Assembly (NCBI GenBank): GCA_965235115.1
Contig: OZ249443.1
Location: 6,882,001 to 6,946,000 of the forward strand
Length of the DNA stretch: 64,000 nt
DNA from: Laetmonice hystrix
Lineage: Eukaryota
Reading direction: 5' to 3'
Under the pieces are notes generated by a model. The model was not told the origin of the DNA, made no database searches, and was given only the letters and a program-made list of their open reading frames with translations. How positions within the stretch are numbered: the stretch's first letter is position 1; every line of letters starts with the position of its first letter. Made by a program: the position numbers and the translations under genes. Shown here one piece after another: positions 21,419-34,100 of the stretch.

Positions 21419-22186
21419 CTACGTCGTCCTTGGCCTGCGTCCCCTCCCTCGCCGGGCCCCCCGTGTGCCACGTTTGGCCCGCACTGTTTTAACTGGCACC
21501 ACTTCTACAACCTCTTCATCGTCAGTCGTGTCTGACTTCTCTAAATCTTCCTTGTCGTCAACATGTCCGTCTGTCGCCCCATTACTCGCTGCAATCTCTG
21601 TGATTACAGAGTCGTCACCGTTATTTATCGGTGTAGGTTCAGATGCCAGCGACTTGACGTCCGTGATGGCAAACGGGAGTGACTCCGCGTCCAAGCCGTC
21701 AGTGGCGCCCTCTGGTGTATCCTCCACAACGCCGTTTAGGGTCTCGCCCTGGGGGGAACTTGTATCATCATCAACATCCGTAGGCTCCGCAGTTTCTTTC
21801 AACGCGTTCGCCTTCTCTTCCTTGCACTGGACATCGCTCGGCTTGTCCTCCGGCTCAACTTTCGCTTTACACCTGCGGCTGACGTCAGCTGTTGCCTTGG
21901 CAACCTTCGCTAAGGTACTGACAACGCGTCGCGTCATCTTCTTGGGTTCGACAACAATGGTGTCGTCATCAGACTTACTGTGGTTGTCAGTTTCAGTCTT
22001 GATGTCGGCTGTTAGCTCAACAGCAGGTTTTATGTCTATGTCACAGTTTCGTTGGTCGGTATTATATACTTGTCTTGTAGAGGAAACCTTCGGTTTGTGC
22101 ATGGAGATAGACGGGGGCCCGCTGTCCAGGAGACTCTCCGTAGCGTTTGCTATACTCCTTTCTAAGTCCAGCTTCTCAACGGCTTT
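21419..22186 (-). CDS. CIZ1: CIZ1-like terminal exon: acidic low-complexity region with Arg/Gly-rich tail (...RAKRGTRGARRGRGRRPRTT*)
   Basis: 768 nt after a gtttcag| acceptor; lies in the 282-aa ORF 21419-22267, whose first 27 codons are intronic. Confidence 0.83.
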   Translation of the reverse strand, partial: KAVEKLDLERSIANATESLLDSGPPSISMHKPKVSSTRQVYNTDQRNCDIDIKPAVELTADIKTETDNHSKSDDDTIVVEPKKMTRRVVSTLAKVAKATADVSRRCKAKVEPEDKPSDVQCKEEKANALKETAEPTDVDDDTSSPQGETLNGVVEDTPEGATDGLDAESLPFAITDVKSLASEPTPINNGDDSVITEIAASNGATDGHVDDKEDLEKSDTTDDEEVVEVVPVKTVRAKRGTRGARRGRGRRPRTT

Positions 22187-25100
22187 CTGAAACAACACAA
22201 CAGTCAACACTTTAATCACACAATCACACGGAAATGGGTCTACTCTTCGAGTCTGTACTTCACCCATTACAAAATATCTTTGTTTAATACTTTAATTGCG
22301 AGTTCGGAACTCTTTCTTCCCCTTTCTCTCTTTTTCTTTCTTTCTGCCCCTTGAGGCCTAAATAGGTTCTTTATTATTTGGTGCGGGGTTGATGCTACAT
22401 CTGTAAAGCTTCATCCTGGACAGGTAGTACTACCTAGTAAGCATATAAGCGGTTAAAAATTACACTCTGTCGTGTTACACCAAAATGAAAGGGCGTTTTC
22501 CCATAAAACCTCTGCTTTCCCTAGAAACCCAAAACCTCAAAAACTGCCTCCTCCCTCCGGCTGTCAGTCAGAATGCCTAGAACAGATTAGAATCTACACT
22601 CCCTGTAAGTTGAAGCTGGAAGGTTAGGGAAACCCTACACGATCGCGGGGTTAGAAACCGGTCACAGTAAGCGTAAGTGATCAGAACTTGGATGTCGATA
22701 CAGCCTACCTACGGCTCGTGGTCAGGGAGCGAGCTTGCCAAGGGATTTAGTTCGAATCTACGGCGATTTGTTATCCCTACAAGGTATTCAAAGTTGACCT
22801 TAATCCTTATACTAAAAGCTCCAGGTCCTCTAGTCCGACAGCCCAATAGCTCCACCGTCCACTTTGGCCTAAAACCAAGTATAACCAGCACTAAACCTAA
22901 CCTTAACTCCAACTATAGGGATTGGGCTATCGGACTGTCGGACTAACAGTCCCTCCACAAACTAACAGGAAGGCAAGGAACATTCCTCTTTTGCCAGGAC
23001 CTCTTTTTGAGAACTGAGGTTAGGGTTAATCTCGCTGTGCAAATCAGTGGTCTGACCTAGGCTACTTGTTCTTGAGCTAATTGGTGACCCGTTGGTGTTG
23101 GTAGGTGTGGTTGTACGCAAGTTAACTTGTAAAGCTAAAAACATGGACGTGCTGCAGCATGCATTGAGTACCCCTCAATGAGGAAAGGCGGCTGGTGTCT
23201 AGGGACGGCCGACTTTCTGGAAAATAGTCTATTTCTCTTGATTTAGTGATAAACATTTTTGAAGGAGGCCAACACTTCCTACCAAAAACTAAACACACAA
23301 TTCCAAACAAAAGGAAAAGGATAAAATTGTAACAGAGTGAAACAATTGTATTCGAAACCATTATCGGATAACTTCATTAACAAATAAAATGCGCTAAAAC
23401 TTACTGCATATCTGTTATAGTGCGGGCGAGTCTGGCAGTGACTCACGCACGCTGCGTACTCGTTGTGGAAGAACTCTCGGCAGAGTCTACAGAAGAAACC
23501 TGACACCTGGATCACATATCCCTGACCTGAAATACAAAACGCGTATCAATATGAAATCATCAACGGGAAACTAATGCAATAGCCTAGTCCTGTTTTAACA
23601 AATAAAAAGAATATTCTTAAGTCGGATTCATAGGTTTAAATACTTTATAGTAATGATATGAAATAGTTGAAGAATTTCCTACTCACCTACTGCCGTTTCA
23701 GAATCGTAGTCAGGTAAAACTTTGATGTCCGCCATGTCGTCTGTCGACCCGTCAGCCTCCTCGGCCGAACCGTCCCTCTCCGGAATGTTCTTGACTGAGC
23801 TGACCTGGGGTGGAGTGACCTTGTTTGGAGTGACCTTGGTCGGAGTGACCTTGGTCGGAGTGACCTTGGTCGGAGTGACCTTGGCTGGAGAGATCCTCTT
23901 TGGCTGCACCTTAGGTGTCGAAGCCTTGTTTGGACTGACCCTGGCCGGTAGAACCTTAGTGGGTGTGACTTTAGCGGGGGAATCCTTAGTTGACTTGACC
24001 TTGGCTGGCTTGGCCTTGGGCAGCTCCTCTTTCTGGAGGTCAGTCTCCTCAGTGGCTGACTGTGGGGTGTTAAGTAACAGATTAAACTTATTATTAATAT
24101 ACGTAATAGAAACGTATAAAGGTACTACTCCACGGTACTGCTCTCAGGCAGACACAGGTACGATTACTAATGTCATCGTGATAAAGGAAGAGTAAAAGGG
24201 ATCGTTCAATTTATCTGATAAAATATGTTACACTAAGTCCCAAAACGAGTTGTCGAGGGTACTGACCTCTATGGTTATGAGTAGCCCTGTCTCCGCCTGC
24301 TGGACCTCGTCCATTCTGATCGGCGGCTGCTGCTGCTGCTGCTGCTCCTCCTCCTGCTGCAGCTGCTGCTGCTGCATCTGCTGCTGCTGATGGGACCGAG
24401 CCTCGGGTGGTGGACCCCCGGTCTGCTGGTCCTTGGTGGACCGGCGACCTTCCACTTCCCCGACATCCGGCTGTAACAATACATATAGGTTACTCCGGTA
24501 CCTGGGGCACGGAGCTGGGAGGGTGTGTATGTGGGGGGTGGGGGTGGGGGGGTAGGGGGTTTGGTGGCAGATTTCTAGTATGTTTGATGGTAGTTGACAT
24601 GGTGTGCTGCATTCTGCCCCTGAATGTGGGAGCTCCGGTACCCTGGTATCTGCTTAATGGAGAACCCCCCCCCCCCCCCTCCCGCCGATAATTTTCTATA
24701 ACTTCATAAAATGCCCTTTTCAATTCCCTCCGAACAATTCACAACAGAACTTGTTAAAGCATTTCTTCCAGTTGCCTTCTGGGCGGGTGGGTTTATTGTT
24801 GATTTCGAGTTGCATACACACAGGGATTGGAAACATGTTCAATTTATCAGCTCTTCTGCCTGGCTAACTCCTGACCAAAACGTTTGTCGTTATCTTGGCC
24901 AACAACTCGGGCAGGCCTCCCTGTCCGCCTCCCTGTCCGATAAGACCTCCTGTTTTCTGCCCCATGCGCCATCTAGTGGCCACTAGGGATTAGCCCCGAG
25001 CGTACAACCCTGCCGGCTCATTGATCAAGGGACAACTTTTCCTGAGGGACAGTCAAGGTTAGGGCAAGGACACAGCGACGAACAACGCCATCTTTTACCT

Positions 25101-28100
25101 AACGCAGGTAGGGACCTTTTTAAAAAAAGGTCTCAGAATGAGTAAAACGTAAAACTACAATAAAGATTACACAATTTACTTTTAGAATGAGCATATAATT
25201 TTAGTCATAGTGTCACATAATCTTTCAATGTGAAAATTATAACAGTAAACTCTTTTCTCTATTGATAACGCTAACATAGATTACACAAATCGTAGCGAAA
25301 GTATTTATCTGATAAAAGTTATGCGAATTCAATACTAGGTACAAGTGGAACCACCGCACAAAAAGAAAGGAAAAGATTGAAAGAAAAGGTAGACGGTCAA
25401 AGCTTACCTCATCTCCATCATCCTGATATATACCCGTTGCGTCCACCGTAACCAGTTCCTCAAAACTATCGGGAAAACTTTCAGCATCATCGTCATCTTC
25501 GTCACGCTCCACTGACCCCGTCTGTTCCTGTTTCCGCAACTCCTCCTTTTTCTGATAAGTAAAATAAAAGAACGAGCTATATATAGAAACTTCACTGACT
25601 CTGAAGGTCATCGGTGGCAGTATATTTTAAAGGATATAAAGGATGCGTGTTTATTTTATCAATATAGTTACTGCTACTTTGTGCTTTCAGAATAACAAAT
25701 TGACAATTATTAAGTACTTGATGGCGTTGCCCCCAGCATGCCGAATGTCTGAATGTAACTGCATGATGAATCTTAGCCAGTGAAATCCAACCAACCAACC
25801 AAAACTTAGTTATGTCACTAGATCAATGAACCCTTATCGTCCAATACAATGGTGGAGAAACGTTCCCATTGCCACTAACTGATACGTGGAACTAGGTGGG
25901 CAATAATATATTTTTACACCCTTGTAATCCGCACTAGTGAACCCATTGTCATGCTCAGTCTAGTGGCATATTTTCTAGACATACGACACAAAGCCAGAAG
26001 CAACTTTGTCAGGTCATTAGCTGCATCAAGCCCGACCAACAACCAGTAATTTCAATAGTCGACTCATCGTGAGTTCTACTAATTGTTACTTAAGGTTAAT
26101 AATCTGGCCGAGATTGATATCTGGCTCTTCCCGACTACCTCTGAGACAGGTTAACAAACTATAAAATACTATAAACACACTCATAATAACTCACTCTCAA
26201 CGTAACACTAAGAAAACGTACTAAACTAAATCTCCCGCTGATATGGTTTACATAATTCTCAAACAAAGAACCAAATTAATAATGATGTTATAGAACATCT
26301 GCTTTATCAGACGTGTCGGCTTGACAGGAGTTGGTACTACAATAGTGATGCTACTATCGCTATCTATAATCTAGAGAAAACGCCATGCTACATCAACTGA
26401 TGTTTGGAATATGCCACACCACGTGGTGGACGCTGGGATATGGCCCCGACATGGCGAACGGTGACAGACTCAACATGACAAACCGGCTCAGGTAATGGCT
26501 GTAATGGTACAGGTGAACATCGTGCAAGGATATGGTAATGACATGGTAGAGTTTGATGGTGGAGATGGAGCCACCGCCGGAAATGTGCAAGAATTAAAGT
26601 TTGGTGCGAGAAATGTGATGAACGTACAGCTGGAATTGTGAAGAATTTGACGCCGAGTATGTGATAGAGCAAAAGCTGGAAATGTGCAAGAGATGTTGGA
26701 AATGGGATACAGCTAAAGATGGAAATATGGAGGAGTTAGAAGAAATATGGACATGTGTAACAGGATAAGTTGTCACTGGGGAGGTGAGGATCGCAATTGT
26801 GGGAGAAAAATGGTCAGAATGATGCTGAGAGTTAGCTGTTTCATAACCAAGGTCAGAGTGATGCTGAGAGTAAGCTGTTTCATAACCAAGGTCAGAATGA
26901 TGCTGAGAGTTAGCTGTTTCATAACCAAGGTCAGAGTGATGCTGAGAGTAAGCTGTTTCATAACCAAGGTCAGAATAATGCTGAGAGTAAGCTGTTTCAT
27001 AACCAAGGTCAGAGTGATGCTGAGAGTAAGCTGTTTCATAACCAAGGTCAGAATAATGCTGAGAGTAAGCTGTTTCATAACCAGGGTCAGAATGATGTTG
27101 AGAGTTAGCTGTTTCATAACCAAGGTCAGAGTGATGCTGAGAGTAAGCTGTTTCATAACCAGGGTCAGAATGATGTTGAGAGTTAGCTGTTTCATAACCA
27201 GGGTCAGAATGATGCTGAGAGTAAGCTGTTTCATAACCAAGGTCAGAATTATGCTGAGAGAAAGCCGTTTCATAACCAGGGTCAGAATGATGTTGAGAGT
27301 TAGCTGTTTCATAACCAGGGTCAGAATGATGCTGAGAGTAAGCTGTTTCATAACCAAGGTCAGAGTGATGCTGAGAGTAAGCTGTTTCATAACCAAGGTC
27401 ACAATGATGCTGAGAGTAAGCTGTTTCATAACCAGGGTCAGAATGATGTTGAGAGTTAGCTGTTTCATAACCAAGGTCAGAATGATGCTGAGAGTAAGCT
27501 GTTTCATAACCAAGGTCAGAATGTTGTTGAGAGTAAACTGTTTCATAACCAGGGTCAGAGTGATGCTGAGAGTAAGCTGTTTCATAACCAGGGCTAATAT
27601 GATTTTAAGAGTGGAACATCTCATTATGAAGCGTTCGAATGAAGCGTTTTGAATAATGGGTCATGATTGCAGATGTGACAAAATCCGATAACATTACGTC
27701 AAATTTACAAAAACAGAAGTAAAGAATTCTGTCTCTCATTGCGGTCCATGAAACAATATACTTGCTGAAGATGAATGATGAATGGGTGATTGAATGATGA
27801 TTGATGAAATGACATGACTGGAGATTCTGATGCCCACAAACCTGCTTATGTGCGTCTGTCTTACAGTGTGCCACAAAGGTCTTGGGCGAGCGGAAACTCA
27901 TGCTGCACAACATACAGCGCGGACGCTCAGTCAATTTGTTATGCTGTGAGAAAACAAAAGAATTGGGCAGAGCTATAACCGATCCATTGGAACTGTGTAT
28001 ACATTCTACTGGTCCAGTTGAGCAGTAGAGGTTTGCTCCGGGGGGGGGGGGGGGCGGCGGGGGGGGGGCAGTGGAAAACGTTGTGGCGTCCTCTTGTTTC

Positions 28101-31100
28101 TGAAACCGTTCCTTTCCTAAATCACAACACATATTGGCTACCATGGCGACGGAATGACAGGCAAAAATGCCCTTCAAAAGAATTTTGCCTTTGCATGATG
28201 AAACATGTTAGCATTTTAGACTTTTCTTATAATGCCTGTATTTAATAATGGTCAAACATTGTTGTTTCAATCGTCATGGTACCCAGACTGTCGGGTAGGT
28301 TGGTGTTTAAAAGAGGCGGATAAAATGAAAAAAATTAGAGGTTAAGAAAAAAAGATAGGAAAAAGATACCTTTTTGTGAGGCTCACTGTCTATATGTCTG
28401 ACATATTCGTGATATTGGTTGAAGCTGCCGGTCTTACACAGTTTGCAGCCGCGCTTGGTTAGCCTCTCCTTACGCTGAAGACAAAAGGCACGTGGAAAGG
28501 TGTTACTGGGTGGCAGCAGGCAACAATTTATTTTTAGGAGAGAGCAGAGATGAAACAGACGATTAGTGGGGATAGCTGGACGAGTTGTCGTTATTTCCAG
28601 TCATAACCTGTCAGTTTGGCCAATAAACGCGACAAGAACGTTGATATGGCACAGAGTCGTATGACGGCGTCTGGCCGCCTGACGTCATCATGGTCCTGGT
28701 AACAGTGCCAAGGTGAAGGTCGTCTATCAATACAAGGATTTACCAATCAACGACGCTCTCTGGGAAACATTCCAGACGGATAGACAAGACAGACGGACAG
28801 ACAGACAGACGACAGACATATCGATGTTAGTCGATGTGTACATGGTTAACATGAAGCATTTGTGGAAAGTGTTACCTATCTCACAGATCAGCACGTGTAC
28901 AACATACAATTCTTTGACGTTACGTCGCCTCTTGGTCTGGTGGCATAACTAGGTCTACAATTTATACATGAGGGAAAAAAAGACCATTCAGATGATATGA
29001 CAGTCGAGAAGAGAGAGCCATTAGGAGCAAAAATACTGGAAGCGTTGCTTGTGAATAACATACAAAAACCCAGTAATGGTCGTGATATCAGACTGTCCGG
29101 TCTGAGAGTCGCCTCAGTTGTAGCACAGTTCGACACCCTTATCAGAAACACTACAGTTCGGCGTCTGTTATCAATGAGAAAGAGAAACAGTTTGGCAGAA
29201 CTTGAAGAAAAACTAAAGATATGGTGAACTGAGAGGTCCTAAGTTATTGAGGTTGTTATCATTGTGTGGTTGTAGTTAACTTTGTTGCTGAAATGAACCT
29301 CATCATGGCTTGACAACTTCTCCACAGCAAAATGACATCTTGCCGAAAGACAAGGAAAAGGAGATTCGTCCTAATTGCAATGTCAAGAACGCAGAAGTAG
29401 AGCGTGTGTAGTAGTAGTAGCGATTGATGGCGGGTTATATTTCAAGTATCAAATAAGTTGTCCATATATCTCTTAGCTTACGTTCTCTCGTGCGATAGCA
29501 GCCTGGCATGCTGAAGTCAAAGACTCATGAATAATCTTGGAGAGATAATGAAATCAGAATCTCCTCCCGATTGCCTAAACTGCCGAAGTCAAATCTGCTT
29601 CCTGTCCTCTGCTCCTTTGCACAATGGACAACGGTTGAAAATTGCGGAGAACTGGCCAAAACTTTAACTCTGTAGGCGAAAGTCTTAACTTCCCCTACGC
29701 AAGCACCCTCTTATAATAAGTGTTTCAAGTACATGTATATCCAATCGTGTCTGGTTACAAAACTTTGGTCTCAGCACCGTCCTACGTTAAAACATTCATT
29801 CTACGAAAACATAACCAAGGTCCCAAAGTCATGGTGTGACACGTCATATACATCATCGACAATGCATTATTTATGAAACCAACGTCCGCTGAAAACCCCG
29901 TGCTTTTTGTTCACACTCAAGTGTGCTTACTTAGGAAAAACAGGGACACGAGATGCTAACTTTATGTGACGTTTGCGTGACACAGAAAACGGAGACATAG
30001 TATGTTGCATTGAAAATGAAGTCCTATCGCACCTTATACACACCCTGTTCGGCACTTGGAGGCGGTGAGTGCAAAGAGCGCTGCTTCAGAGACCGTGAGA
30101 CTTCAGGAAAGTCTCGCCATGTCTGCCTACTTGAGGGCGCTGCAAATAAAGTGTCACCTTTCTGTGGGTGGTAATTTACATTGGCAGCAACTGTCACTTG
30201 TGGTGTGAGCAATCTACATGGATATCTAACGCTTACACTGCCGTCAGAAAACGGGTGTGACTCGGCATGTGTGGCTGACGCTCAGAGCCGCGGCACCAAA
30301 TTGAATTTTGGCTCGGGGTATCTTATATAGAAAGTGCATTACAATGGATGCAATTGCTGTGGCGACTGTTGCCATGGTACCCATGACCTTTTCTGACCAT
30401 CGATGTGGATGTAAAGTGCGTTACTGACGTGATGCTTTGGAAGTCACCGCTAAATATCAACACACCACAAAGGTGTATTAACAAAGTTTAAGTCACTAGA
30501 AACTCTGTTATCTAGTCCATAACCAAAAGTGGACAAGGCCGAGATTAGTCGACTTCCAAACCTCAAAATTGAAATGCGTTCTCTGGGCCGACTCCACTAT
30601 CGGATCCCCTTCCAGACCAAAATAAAATCTCCTCCCTGCTTGCCAACAGTTTCCCAACCTTGAGATGAACCAGCCCATATATAATGGCTGAATGGAATCC
30701 GGGCCTCTGACAAGGCACTAATTTACCCGATATATACATTTGTCCTTGCACCTCATTCTGCCAAGCACATCCCTCTTTGTCTTGTTTTGCCCCTTTATAC
30801 TTGGCAAGGTCACCCAGTAATCGTGCCTGCTCAGCGTCACTAGCTTGGATTCGGCGCAGGCTCTGGTGGCTAACCGCGGTAAATTTGTGATCTATTATAT
30901 CCGATCCAAGTCGAGGCCGCCTCCATGATGAAGCCTCACGGGAAACGGCGACTGACCAATCAGTGCTTATGATAATAACTATGGTGTGGTCAATGTCACA
31001 CATTAATCATGGCCGTAAGGGGCTATCCAGTTTCATTACCATATTTCAATCATGGTGGTGCATGGTGGTGGTGGTGGTGGGGGGGGGGGGTGAGGGAACG

Positions 31101-34100
31101 CTGCTACCCCACCCCCCACATCCGGCCTTCAATCCATCCACATTACACAACGGGTGACGGTAGAAATCAGTAGTTGTGGGGGCAGCGATTCGGTTACTAC
31201 CACAATAAAAGTCAAGCGCTCATTGGCAGGCAACCAATCTCCGTGCTAAGTAGAATTTCCGAGAAAGTTCGCCTGGATACGCATGTACTGCAGCAGACTA
31301 AACCTTCAGCCTCCATGTTTGTTAGTGTCTAAACTCAAGGGCGTACTCCACTAAGGTGTCCGCAATCCTAGTTTAGTGATGCACTAAGCAGATCTGGTGT
31401 TTGTATTTGTTTTTCAGTCACCTTCAGTTACAGCCCACCATTCCCCAGATAACATTTTTAAAACAACGTAACCCGTCATGTCCTTTAGATTAGACCCTCA
31501 AAATCAATGTTCACTGTCCAGTAATCTATTCTTCATTATTTTGATTACAATTGTTCACTTTAATATTATCAGTACATACGCCAAAATCACTGCTTTCACG
31601 GATGGCAGGCCTCCACTCAGTTGCTGCTCTGTCCTGACACTGACAATACTTAAATTAAATAAAACAAACAGTATATTAACAACTCACTTATAGCTTTCAA
31701 AACTCAGGTATAGCTTTCATTTTTATCACAGTATTCGATTTCCATTTAACTCAGCAAGAGGATCCTCCAGGTGTGGCTAAAATACTAGACATGATACATC
31801 AATTAATATTTTAATTTGAACAGCCTGTCACTTTGCCCCTCATTACTCATGGGGTTAGATTTTTATCTGTCGCAATCCTACTTCATCATCATCACCTAAA
31901 ATATCAAACAATTGTCTGGGAAAACGCTGGAGCAAAAAGAGGCCGGAAAAAAGTCAAGATAATAATTATGGGGGAGCGTAAATCGTCGGGATTATAAAAC
32001 TGGGCCGCTGGTGTCCTCGTCTCTGGATATCCTCTATACAGGACTGTCCTCTGTACTTTACACTGTACACCCACAGGATACTGCATTCTGTGAGCGATGT
32101 TCCTGGCTCAGCTCAGACAAACGATCCATTCACAATGTGGAGAAAAAGACAAGGCTGACAGTCAGGAAACAGGGGCATGGCTTCAGGTCCCTAATTATTT
32201 TTTTTTAAACTGACAGCATAACCAGCTTAGACGAATGCAAAGCTTAGGTTTATTAAATAATCTGAAATATAACAAATAACATGCAGTGTTTTTAATAATG
32301 TCACTCCATATAAAAACTGTAAAACAGCAAAATTCATCGTGGGAAAGACTAGCTTTACACATTTAATACAGAACTCGTTACAGTAAAACTTACTCATTAA
32401 CCTGGTAGATCCAGAGCACAAAATGGATAACCAAATATCATTCCTGTATTAAATATGTCACAAACTTCGCCATGTTACAAGGTTTTGCCTCATCAAAGGA
32501 TACTGTATTACACAGTTAATATAATCAGTTTAATATCATATTGTTTACTTACTCGGTGTTCTTGTCCACGCCTATGTGTGATGAACGATCCCACGAACTT
32601 TTTATCACAAATTCGGCAGTGATCCTCCCTGAAAACACAGCAAAATACATTCTCTATTTCAGTAAAGGATTTCTGTTTTATTCTCGTTCGGTCCAAACAT
32701 AACCTGTTGTCCCTTTCCCTTCACGTCGAGTGGGTAACGTAATTGGTACAGTTCCCAGCCATGTACTATCTGTCAGTTTCAAGTTAAAAACGTCCCCACC
32801 TGTGGCTGCAGGTCATCAGTTATGTCTGCAGGTCTCCACTTCTTGCCGCAGGTCGCCACGACTCTGGATTGCGTTCTAACACCCAGAGATTATACCACCC
32901 CTATATGACCATTAACCCCCTCCGCTTTCCCAGTGTTCTCCCAACCAATGACAGACACCCTGGGGCTCGTGCCCGTGGCAGACAACTTTAGGACAATCGG
33001 GGGTTAGGTGCCAGCGACGCCGACTCTACAGTAGTGGGCTGGGTCGGCCCACGAAATGCTGCGTCACGTTTCTAATTAATGCACAGCCACACTTCTAGTT
33101 TTATTGGAAACAGAACATTTCCCTGGAAGGTCGGCCGTGTCCCGGGCCTTCAGCCGCTACACCAGCTTTGATGTTTCCACCACAATAGTCTTTCTCACAG
33201 CGACTGATATTGGCTAGGAAAGGCGGAGTTTCATTTTAACACCCATGTCTATAATAACCTCAGGAAATCATTCCTTCCAACCCAAGGTCTGCCTCTTCAT
33301 TCTGTCTACAGACATTTTCTCCCTTCTTGCTCCCCTGTCTTCTAATACCAAGTCGGCATCTCATCAGTTACCTATTGCTAATGATAACGCCAGACATCCT
33401 TAGATCTCAATGCCCTATAGCTACTCCTTTCGTAAAATGGCAAAGGATCCCGTACATGCCGCTCAGAGACCCAGGAATGTCTACAGAACAGAGTGGTATG
33501 AATGATAAATGACCTCGATAGCCAGCTCACCTGCACGTCCCCCTCCCCACCTTTACCCCAAAAAACTTAAATGTGGCAATTATGAACAAAAAGTGTCTGA
33601 GAATGTCTGGTATGGGCCACTTAAGGTGATCCGACAACTTTACGGGTCCAGTTGTTTATAACCTTAACATAACTACATGCCTAACACGAGGATGGAGAAG
33701 GCGGTATTGGGGTTGGAGGAGTCACCTAAGGTGACCTTGGCAGTGGGGTCTACCCATCCCCCGCCGAGATGGTGGGAAATACTCACGGAACCGATTCCAT
33801 TAATGATCTCCTGGAGGCGATTTCTACGGTCACCTCCAAGTTGTGAGTGTGACCTGATGATACCGGTACGAGTACTACATTACACCCCCCACCCCACCCC
33901 TAAACCCCACCCCTAACCCCGTCCTACAGTGATCTCCCACTCTCTCCCCACCGTCCCTTCCACCCATCAGTCTGTGAGGATGATACGCCCCGTCTGAAGG
34001 TGATCCTATGTCATTCCCTCTCTCTCATCGCCTACATCCGACAGCAGCTTCCACTCTCATTCTCTCCATCGTTTTCTTGTCTCATAAACTGTCTGGCTTA

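Noticed and set aside
21465-22190. 241-aa plus-strand Ser-rich ORF
   Set aside because: Antisense shadow of the CIZ1-like terminal exon.
26747-27652. 301-aa and 283-aa ORFs on opposite strands (MMLRVSCFITKVR / TLVMKQLTLSII repeats)
   Set aside because: Translations of a 39-bp (3n) intronic minisatellite; no splice signals or domain.
28038-28068. Long poly-G/poly-C runs (also about 9286, 24666, 34846, 47597, 50064, 53456, 56394) as functional G-quadruplexes
   Set aside because: Ubiquitous homopolymer tracts of uncertain length in the assembly; no positional specificity.
30563-31003. 146-aa minus-strand ORF inside the CIZ1-like intron
   Set aside because: No motif; ZF2 and ZF3 exons join directly with CIZ1-like spacing.
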